A stretch of DNA of 64,000 nt from Mobula hypostoma. Taxonomy: Eukaryota. The position numbers and the translations under genes were made by a program. Below are positions 54,441-64,000 of this stretch, piece after piece. The notes below the pieces were generated by a model. The model did no database searches. It was not told the DNA's origin and worked only from the letters and a program-made list of their open reading frames with translations. The DNA is taken from the NCBI RefSeq assembly GCF_963921235.1, contig NC_086097.1, forward strand, positions 5,146,001 to 5,210,000, given 5' to 3'. Positions within the stretch are counted from its first letter, which is position 1. Each line of letters begins with the position of its first letter.

Positions 54441-57400
54441 TATAAAATATTATAAAGCATTATAAAACCTCAGTTTTATGAGACATTTACGATGGTAATT
54501 ATACATCTAACAGACAGAAGATTCATTTATCGATAAAGATGAGCACAGCACTGGACAGACTATCTGGCCCACATTGCCATGCTGATCTTGATAGTACAGA
54601 ATCCTTGTCTTGTGCATTACTCATATCACTCCTTCCCTTCATATTCATGTCTTTGTCTAAAAATATCTCAAACTCCACCAAACTTCCTGACTCCACTACT
54701 AGCTCCAGTAACCAATACTCCCTGCATTGAAAAAACTTGCCCCACACATGACCTTTAAACTCAACCCCCCTTCCCCCATTGTAAAAGCATGTCTTCTGTT
54801 GTTTGACACTTCTACACTGTGGAAAGGATTTTGACTTCTATAATTTTAAAAAATCTCTCACGGCCACCCTCTGCCTCTAACACTTCCAAGTTTGTCCTCA
54901 AACTCATAAAAAAATAGCTGCTGTCATGCCTTCTTTGTAATTGCATCAATATGTTGGATCCAGGATAGATCTTCAGAGATGTTGACACCCAAGAACTTGA
55001 AACTGCTCACCATTTCCACTGTTGATATCTCAATGAGAACTGGTGTGTTCCATCGACTTCCCCATCCATAATCAATTCCTTGGTCTTACTGATCACCGCT
55101 GGTCATAGTCCTCCACCCAGAATAAATGTCTTCCACCTTTACTTTTTGTCTTCTTTGGGCAAACCAGTTCTCAATGCACCCTGGACCCTGTATATCCTTA
55201 TCTTCCGAAATACCTTTTATTACAGACTTTATCAAATGCCTTATTAAACTCCATGTAGATAGTGTCCACTGCCTTGCCATCATCGGCCTCACTTGTTACT
55301 GCCTCAAAAAACTCAAAGTGGCATCAAGTGTAAACTAAATAGTCATAAAGTCAGAACACTGCAGCATAGAAACAGGTCCTTTGGCCCAGTCAGTCCATGC
55401 CGAACCATTAATCTGCCTAGTCCTGTCAACCTGTACCCAAACCATGGTCCTCCACACCCCTCCCATTCTTGTGCATATCCAAAGTTCTCTTTAGAGTTGA
55501 AATCGAACCCACATCCACCACTTTTGCTGGCTGCTCCTTCCACACTTGCACTCTGAGTGAAGAAGTTCCTACTCATATTACCCTTAAATATTTCACCTTT
55601 CACCCTTAACCCATGACCTCTAGATGTAGTCTCACCCAATTTCATTGGAAAAAGCCTTCTTATGTTTACCTTCTGCCTAAATAATTGAAGTTTGAAAGAA
55701 GTGGGTTGAATTCCATACAAATAGAGGTTGTTAGAGATTTTATATAACTTCTGAAATGGCAGGGTCACTTGTGTAAACTTCATTGCTTCAAGGATCAGTG
55801 TTTTGCAATAGAAGTAAAATTAGGTTAGAAGCAGGAAAGCGTAGAATGAGGCCATTCAGCCCATTGAATCCATTCCAGATTTTTGGTGAGCATTCTGCTT
55901 AGCCTTATTCCTCTGCCCTACGAATTAATTTCTGTGGAGAAAGGTCTTGGCCGAAAATGTCGACTTTTTTTTCATTTCCCAAGATGCTGCCTGACCTGCT
56001 GAGCTCCTCCAGCATTTTGTGTGCGTTGCTCAGGATTTCCAGCATCTGCAGGATCTCTCATGTTTATGAACAATTGGTGGTGTTAAAATGAAGAGGATTG
56101 TGTTCAGCCACAGAATAAAATTGATGAGTTTGGTAGAATGACAGAGCAATGACAGATGCAATTTAATCCTCATAAGATATGAGGTGATATACTTTGGGAA
56201 CTCTAGTAAAGCCAGAATATAAGTAATGAATGGTAGAGTCTCAGGAAGTTCTGAGATGCAGGAGATAATTAGTGTACATGTCCTAAAATCCCCAAAGACA
56301 GCAGAACAGATACTAAATGAGATGATTAAAAAACATATGAGATAGAAACTAGGGAATTGGGTTCAGGAACAGGATGGTTAAGGCACAGTGCACAAGTTAT
56401 TAATTAGGCCACAGTTGGAATAATATGTGCAGTCCTAGTGACCATACTGTAGGAAGAAAGTGATTGCACTGATAAAAAGTACAGAACAGATTTACAAGAC
56501 TATTAAACACCAGAGATTCTGCAGAAGCTGGAAATTCTTCCTGAATAACACACACAGAATGCTGGGGGAACTCAACAGGGTTGGCAGCATCTGTAGAAGT
56601 GAATAAACAGTCAACATTTTGAGCCAAGACCCTTCTTTGGGACTGAAAGGGAATGGGAGAGATGTCAGAATATGAAGGTGAAGGGAGGAAAAGGAGGTCT
56701 AGCTAGAAAGTGATAGGTCTAGCCAAGTGTGTGGGAAAGGTAGAGGGTTGGAGAAGAAGGAATCTGATAGGACAGGAGAGTGAACTATGAAAGAAGGGTA
56801 TTTTTAGCGAATTCAAGATGATTACCTTCAGTACCTATTGAAGAACAGTGAGATATTTGAGGTTAAAAAAAAGTGCAGTGAGACATTCGAGTTAAAAAAT
56901 AGCACAGCATGTGTAGAGACAGTTGAGCATAAAAAAAAGGCAGAAAACAGAATTCATGGATTCATGAACAGTGAGTGCTGGGTGATAACAATCATGAAAA
57001 AAGAACAGAAATGGCTGGCTACATCAGAAAGATTGACACAGTTGATTATACAGCAGATAACTGAATTTTATATACTAAATGTATCCAGCAATATTTTAAA
57101 GCAAGTGACAATTTTGTGAATTTTACTGAGTGGATTGGATTTAAAGGCTTACAGTTTGTTTAGCAGCTTGACTGCTCCAAGCAAGCCAGCAGAATTCAGC
57201 GGTCTGAAATCGTGAAAGCAAAGCAGGAACTTTTAGAACCAAAACGATTGTTGATTGTGGAACATTTCAGGTTTCATAAATGGAATCAAAAGAAGGCGGA
57301 GTCCATTTCAGCATACATGGCTGAATTGTCTAAGCATTGTCAGTTTGATAATGAGCTTAATGATGAGCTGAGGGATTGATTAGTTTGTAGAATCATACAA

Positions 57401-58167
57401 GAATATTTTTAAAAAATGGTTCCAAATTGAAGCACGACTTACATTTAAAAGAGCAGTTGAAATAGCTGCATCAATGGAAACCACAGAGCTGCAATTGAGT
57501 TGCAGTCAGGAATGAAAGTGAGCATGAACAAACTTGCAGCACCTAAACAGAAACTGGCCTGCCCCTGTTGTGGCAGGGGCTAACATGCAGATTTAAAGGT
57601 GAAACTTGCAGAAAAGCAACAAAGTAGGACACATACAAAGTGCATACCAGGCAGACAAGAATAAATGGACTGCACAGGGAAGAGAAAAAAAGTAAAAGTC
57701 AAGTTGCAGTTTCAGAAAGAGCAACAATCTGTATGCTATTTATGAAAAATCTGATAATGATAAGAGTGACACGGGACTGAATAGCTTTGAAATTTACATT
57801 GTAAAAACTAACTATTAAGCAATATGGCAGAAGTGAACTGCAAAGTAGTTAATTGGACACTGACTCGACTGTTTCAGTTATGCCACAAAATGAGTTTGAA
57901 TGACATTTCAGAAACACTGAACTGAAGACCGCAGGTACCCAACTAAGAACTTAAACTGGTAAAAAGATAACTCATGTGGGAATGATATTCATAGCAGTGA
58001 TATACAGCAACCAACAAGCTATTTTGGGCTTGCATGTGGTAAAACCAGAAGGGTCAGTATTGTGGGATCCTGATTGGCTGAGACAATTACAACTTGGTTG
58101 GAGATCCATCAACCGTTTGAATGACACATCCCCTGTAAAACAGTCAACTGAAAGTGAATTAAGAAAG

Positions 58168-58518
58168 CAACACACACACAAAAATGCTGGCGAACGCAGC
58201 AGGCCAGGCAGCGTCTATAGGAAGAGGTACAGTCTGACATTTGGGGCCAGGACCCTTCGTCAGGACTAACTGAAAGAAGAGGTAGTAAGAGATATGAAAG
58301 TGGGAGGGGGAGGGGGAGATCCGAAATGATAGGAGAAGACAGGATATCCAAAATCTTTCAAATCTCTTACTATCTCTTCTTTCAGTTAGTCCTGACGAAG
58401 GGTCTCGGCCCAAAATGTTGGCTGTACCTCTTCCTATAGATGCTGCCTGGCCTGCTGCGTTCACCAGCATTTTTTGTGTGTTGCTTGAAATTCCAGCATC
58501 TGTAGATTTCTACACGTT
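58168..58518. repeat. Fold-back PLE-end mini-element inserted in the Gypsy element
   Basis: Inverted arms ~58167-58300 and ~58357-58484. TSD TGAATTAAGAAAG / TGAATAAAGAAAG at 58155-67 and 58519-31. Confidence 0.85.
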
Positions 58519-58598
58519 TGAATAAAGAAAGGACTGGATGATGCCACAACTCTCTCCATGCCATCCACCTAAGCTGTTGCCTCACAGATGGCAAACAG

Positions 58599-60780
58599 GT
58601 GTTGGTGCCACCCTCTGTGCCCCAGGTGGAAAACGTATTGGACCACGGAAGGAAAATGCAACTCAGAAGAAGAGGAATTGATGATAGCAGTGGTCCAACT
58701 GCAACAGTTTTTGTTGGTAACCTATCTGAGAAAGCTTCCGATATGTTAATCAGGCAAATTACTTGCAAAATATGGCTTGGCTTGAGGATGGAAGAGAACC
58801 CAAGGAGCTTCAGGAAGGTTGCAAGCATTTGCCTTTTGCGAGTATAAACAACCAGAATCTACTCTGGGCATTAAGGTGATTGCATGATCTTCAAGTGCGA
58901 GACTAAAAGAAGGTTGTAAAAGTAGATGCAAAGACCAGACACAAGGAAATCTGCAGATGCTGAAAATTCAAGCAACACACATCAAAGTTGCTGGTGAACG
59001 CAGCAGGCCAGGCAGCATCTCTAGGAAGAGGTACAGTCGATGTTTCAGGCCGAGACCCTTCGTCAGGACTAACTGAAGGAAGAGTGAGTAAGGGATTTGA
59101 AAGTGGGAGGGGGAGGGGGAGATCCAAAATGATAGGAGAAGACAGGAGGGGGAGGGATGGAGCCAAGAGCTGGACAGGTGATAGACAAAAGGGATATGAG
59201 AGGATCATGGGACAGGAGGCCCAGGGAGAAGGAAAAGGGGGAGGCGGGGAAAAACCCAGAGGATGGGCAAGGGGTATAGTCAGAGGGACAGAGGGAGAAA
59301 AAGGAGAGTGAGAAAAAGAATGTGTGTATATAAATAAATAACAGATGGCGTACGAGGGGGAGGTGGGGCATTAGCGGAAGTTTGAGAAGTCAATGTTCAT
59401 ACCATCAGGTTAGAAGCTACCCAGACAGAATATAAGGTGTTGTTCCTCCAACCTGAGTGTGGCTTCATCTTTACAGTAGAGGAGGCCGTGGATAGACATA
59501 TCAGAATGGGAATGGGATGTGGAATTAAAATGTGTGGCCACTGGGAGATCCTGCTTTCTCTGGCGGACAGAACGTAGGTGTTCAGCAAAACGATCTCCCA
59601 GTCTGCGTCAGGTCTTGCCAATGTATCGAAGGCCACATCGGGAGCACCAGACGCAGTATATCACCCCAGCCGACTCACAGATGAAGTATCGCCTCACCTG
59701 GAAGGACTGTTTGGGCCCTGAATGGTGGTAAGGGAGGAAGTGTAAGGGCATGTGTAGCACTTGTTCCACTTACACGGATAAGTGCCAGGAGGGAGATCGG
59801 TGGGGAGGGATGGGGGTACGAATGGACAAGGGAATCGCGTAGGGAGTGATCCATGCGGAAAGCAGAGTGGGGGAGGGAAAGATGTGCTTAGTGGTGTGAT
59901 CCTGTTGGAGGTGGCGAAAGTTACGGAGAATTATCTGTTCGACCCGGAGGCTGGTGGGGTGGTAGGTGAGGACCAGGGGAACCCTATTCCTAGTGGGGTA
60001 GTGGGAGGATGGAGTGAGAGCAGATGTGCATGAAATGGGGGAGATGCATTTGAGAGCAGAGTTGATGGTGGAGAAAGAGAAGCCCCTTTCTTTAAAAAAG
60101 GAGGACATCTCCCTCGTCCTGGAATGAAAAGCCTCATCCTGAGAGCAGATGTGGCGGAGACGGAAGAATTGCGAGAAGGGGATGGCATTTTTGCAAGAGA
60201 CAGGGTGAGAAGAGGAATAGTCCAGATAGCTGTGAGAGTCAGTAGGCTTATAGTAGACATCAGTGGATAAGCTGTCTCCAGAGACAGAGACAGAAAGATC
60301 TAGAAAGGGGAGGGAGGTGTCGGAAATGGACCAGGTAAACTTGAGGGCAGGGTGAAAGTTGGAGGCAAAGTTAATGAAGACAGCAGGCAAAGACCAGGCC
60401 TGCTGGATGGATGGAAGACTGGAAAGAAAGGAGTCAATGGAGATACACAAAAAGAGGATTTGTCAGATACTGTTGTGGAGGAGGAATACAGGAGGAGAGA
60501 TCAGATCATAAAAGGAGCATTAGAAGGATTAAGAAGAGAATACTCCAGTGAACTAAATGTACCTTCCCAAGATCCACATGCTCATTCTAGGAAGAAGAAG
60601 GAAGTGGAGAAAAAGAAAGATGAAGTTGAAAAGAAGAGAAGAGATAGAGAGAAAGAACATGAAGGAAAAAGGGAGAGGTGAAAAGAAAGAAGGAATGTGA
60701 GAAAGCAATAGAGTTGGATAAAGAGAAAGAGAAAGAAGCAAGGACCAGGAGAGAAGCAAGGATTGAAGTAGATCCAGAGA
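58599..60780 (+). pseudogene. RBM25: Processed (intron-less) partial RBM25 copy: RRM to ER-rich region, split by a PLE
   Basis: GPTATVFVGNLSEKASDMLIRQ-LLAKYGL..WKRTQGASGRLQAFAFCEYKQPESTL..LHDLQ..VKVDAKT, then LDGWK..RRRDQIIKGALEGLRREYSSELNVPSQ..SRKKK..SRSREKS. Matches vertebrate RBM25 as recalled. Contains frameshifts and stops. Confidence 0.9.
58939..60386 (-). mobile_element. 5'-truncated Penelope-like element (RT thumb + GIY-YIG + hammerhead end)
   Basis: NFHPALKFT..LPFLDL..TDVYYKPTDSHSYL and VIYCVWC..RYIGKT. Hammerhead motif at 59034-59070. 11-bp TSD GCAAAGACCAG at 58928-38 and 60387-97. Confidence 0.92.
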
Positions 60781-62555
60781 GAAAAGCTGAGAAAAGGAGA
60801 AGAAAAATGTCCATAGCTGTGAGAACCATCTCCTGCAATTCCAGAGTCAACTCCTACAATCCTCATAGAGAATGCCCAGAACCTGAGATAGTTTCACAGC
60901 CACCAGTTACACCTGCCAGGCAGAGAGACCCCACCCCCACCCTGTCAGGAAAGATGTTATCCACAAGAGTAACAAATGCCCCAAAGCAATTAAATCTGTT
61001 GGCCTGAATAGGACAATTTTAAATTTACTAAGCTGTGGATGTTCTAAATAATAGTTGTAATATACAGTATGTTGTGTCTAAGTTGAGATGCATTCTATAT
61101 TGAGTTGGAGTTTATAACTAAGCAGGGAGTAGTGTGTGTTTAATGTTTCAGTAAAATTTGAGTAATATTGTATATTTATGATCTGATTAAGCACTGTGTT
61201 CTTTATATAATTCTATGGTTATATGTAGAAATACGTGAATTGCATACATCATCACACTACCATGTGATACATACACGCTCCCCTTAGGTAAACATGGGGT
61301 TAGAATTACATTTTGGACTCCCATCTTTCCCTTTGAATTAATGTTTTGAAGTTACAAAACATACCAAACAGGAAGGAGGAGGGGCACCAGGGGGTGGGGA
61401 GGGGACAGTGATAGGCAGATGAGAAGAGGAAAGAGACCAGAATGGGGAATTGAAGAAGAGGGAAGGAGAAGTTGATGCTCGTGCCTTCAGTTTGGAAGCT
61501 ACCCAGATTGAACATGAGCAGGCCATAAGCTTGGAGGCAACGTTGACTGATTATTCCCATCCTTATGCACTGCCTGACCTGTCGAGTTCCTCCAGTATTT
61601 TGTCTGTGTTCATTAGAATATTACTTAGGATAGAGTATTTCAATTGGAGGAGAGAATGGACAGGTAGCATTTGCTTTCCTTAGAGTGGAAAAATCAGACA
61701 GAAAACTGATCAAGGTACGCAAAATGATGAGAGGCAGAGAAAGAATAGAGAAATGTTTGCCCTTAGCAAAATGTCCTTTGCCAGAAGGTGCAGGCTGAAG
61801 GCAAAGGGTACGGAATTGAGAAGGGTGCCCATGAAGAAATATTTTCACCACGATTAGTTGATAACTGGAATTCTGCCTGAGGGTGTAGAATAGAGTCAGA
61901 CACAAATAAAACATTTTGGGCATGTTCAGGTGTGACCCTGAAATGCTATGGTACAGAAGGCCAGGATATAAGGTGTGGGAAATGGGATGGGATTGGCATA
62001 GATAGACATGTAAAGGTCAATTTAGCAGAGTGGCAACGAGGGCCCATTTCCTCATTCTAAAACTCCATCACTCTGTGACTATGACCAAAAAGAGGTGGAT
62101 GCAGCCCGAATTCATCACAAGAAAAGGCCTCCCCATCATTGAGCACAGCACAAGGAGCACTGCCGCAAGAAAGCAGCATCCATCATCAAGGACCCTGACC
62201 ATCCTGGCCATCCTCTATACTCAACCACTGCCATTGAGCTGGAGGTACTGGAGCCCGTAACATCGACTGTACTCTTTTCCAGAAATGCTGCCTGGCCTGC
62301 TAAGCTCCTTCAGCATTTTGTGTGTGTTGCTTGGATTTCCAGCATCTGCAGATTTTCTCTTGTGTATGTTCAGAATTGTGGTGAATATTAGGCCCATGGG
62401 TTGAGGTATTTGATGATGCACTGTTCGCCGAGCTTGGCAATGAGTCTACATAGAATAGTACAGCACATTACAGGCCTTTCGGCCCACAATATTGTGCCGA
62501 CCCTCAAACCCTGCCTCCCATATAATCCCCCACCTTAAATTCCTCCATATACCTG

Positions 62556-62750
62556 TGACATAGCTTGGTGACATTTCCTCACCAGTCAAGGTGACATCCT
62601 TATCGCGCTGTTGTTGGTGTTTCTCTCTGGGAGTGCTCGCATTTATATAGCCTTCCGTTCGCTTGCTTTGGTCCTGATTGTTTACCCATTCAGCTGGCCT
62701 TTGAATTCTATTGGTTTGCATTTCTTTAGCTGTTAGGTGTTCATAGATGG
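62556..62750 (-). mobile_element. 3' end of a third PLE-like family, tentative
   Basis: Minus strand has tatataaa followed by aggatgtcacc-ttgact-ggtgag-gaaatgtc, a degenerate hammerhead with stem II tcacc/ggtga. Confidence 0.4.
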
Positions 62751-62751
62751 T

Positions 62752-63258
62752 AAACACGAGGAAATCTGCAAATGCTGGAAATTCAAGCCACACACATCAA
62801 AGTTGCTGGTGAACGCAGCAGGCCAGGCAGCATCTCTAGGAAGCGGTGCAGTTAACGTTTCAGGCCGAGACCCTTCGTCAGGACTAACTGAAGGAAAAGT
62901 GAGTAAGAGATTTGAAAGTTGGAGGGGGAGGGGGAGATCCAAAATGATAGGAGAAGACAGGAGGGGGAGGGATGGAGCCAAGAGCTGGACAGGTGATAGG
63001 CAAAAGGGATATGAGAGGATCATGGGACAGGAGGTCCGGGGAGAAAGACAAGGGGGGAGGGAAAGCCCAGAGGATGGGCAAGGGGTATATTCAGAGGGAC
63101 AGAGGGAGAAAAAGGAGAGAGATAAAAATAAATAACGGATGGGGTACGAGGGGGAGCTGGGGCATTAGCGGAAGTCAGAGAAGTCGATGTTCATGCCATC
63201 AGGTTGGAGGCTACCCAGACGGAATATAAGGTGTTGTTCCTCCAACCTGAGTGTGGCT
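62752..63258 (-). mobile_element. PLE 3' end
   Basis: Same family as 8985-9582; hammerhead motif at 62849-62885. Confidence 0.85.
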
Positions 63259-63830
63259 TGTTGTACTTCTATTGACCTTTCATTAATATTCCTCAGAATA
63301 TAAGTGGTGTTTGATGTTCCCTTCCCTTCGACAAAGCCGCACTGTTCTCCACTGATCTCTGGTTTAATTTTGTTTCTTATTCTGAGCATGATGATTCTAA
63401 GTAGAATTTTTGTGATATGTCTCACTAAACTAATTTTTCTGTGTTGTCCACACTCTGTTGCACCTGATTTCTTTGGCAGTGCAATGAATACTGTCTTTAA
63501 AAGATTTTCTGGTACTTTGCCACTGTTGTATATTCTATTCAATAAGATTGTTAATTTCTCTACACCAAAATCTTCTAGCGCTTCATACAGTTCAACTGGA
63601 ATGCTATCTGGTCCTATCTGCCCCTTTTGCACTTTCTTCATAGCATGTTCCACTTCTTCTTTCATTATTGCTGGGCCCTCGTTGTTGTTGCCAATATCAA
63701 ACTTGCCCTCTCGGTCTTTGCTGTTGTATAGGTCTTTGATGTATTCTGACCATCTTTGCAATATTTTTCCCTTTTCGATAATTGTAGAGCCGTCTTTTGC
63801 TTTTACACATCGTGTTGCTGCCCCACTTTT
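63259..63830 (-). mobile_element. RTE LINE RT N-terminal fragment (distinct family from 189-3150)
   Basis: RWSEY..GPDSIPVE..FIALPKK..ISL..KILLRI..EQCGF..GT. Confidence 0.85.
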
Positions 63831-64000
63831 CTTCCGATTGGTGATTAGGCTCGGGTTAAATCGGGGGTCGTTGGGCAGTGTGGCTCATTGGTTCAGATGG
63901 GCCTGTTCCACACTGTATCCCTAAATAAATAGATAACTGAGACCTGGTGAGTAAATCTGTGATCCTGTCACTTAGCTGGATGGGAATAGCTCCAGTGAAG

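Larger units (their letters stand above)
56798..61366 (+). mobile_element. Chimeric Gypsy LTR retrotransposon: leader, gag, protease, [RBM25 fragment], pol C-terminal tail, PPT, 3' LTR
   Basis: gag starts at ATG 57011 (MAGYIRKID). EPKRLLIVEHFRFHKWNQKE and LTFKRAVEIAASME. Protease LDTDSTVSV at ~57853, then DWLRQLQLGW. Pol tail ending RVTNAPKQLNLLA* at 61007. Purine tract aagcagggag then LTR family A at ~61130-61366. No 5' LTR seen. Confidence 0.85.

Noticed and set aside
54426..54467. (AGCATTATAA)-like tandem
   Set aside because: Simple slippage at a CR1 truncation end.
58599..60780. Functional RBM25 gene or exons
   Set aside because: Frameshifts, stops, a PLE insertion, no introns, and missing termini.
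60553..60866. Phe/Ser/Leu-rich membrane-protein-like ORFs on the minus strand
   Set aside because: Antisense of the purine-rich RBM25 ER region.

Overview
Eukaryotic, transposon-dense non-coding DNA. The mix of CR1, Rex1/Babar, RTE, L2, Penelope-like elements (PLEs), tRNA/Deu-type SINEs, Gypsy LTR elements and hAT/Tigger DNA transposons suggests a cartilaginous fish, probably a ray or skate (inference). I found no intact host gene; nearly all listed ORFs are decayed TE frames, their antisense shadows, or (CA)n artefacts. Four things stand out. (1) A Gypsy LTR retrotransposon (~56800-61366) has lost RT/RNase H/integrase and carries in their place an intron-less internal fragment of the host splicing-factor mRNA RBM25, which looks like retrovirus-style gene capture. 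(2) PLE ends carry minimal type-I hammerhead ribozyme motifs in three sequence families. (3) Several TSD-flanked fold-back mini-elements are built from these PLE ends, with arms sharing private mutations. (4) A Tigger4-like transposon contains a segment that looks very close to mammalian MER2. Several multi-level nested insertions can be ordered from their TSDs. Family assignments come from recognised motifs and recalled consensus sequences, not database searches.
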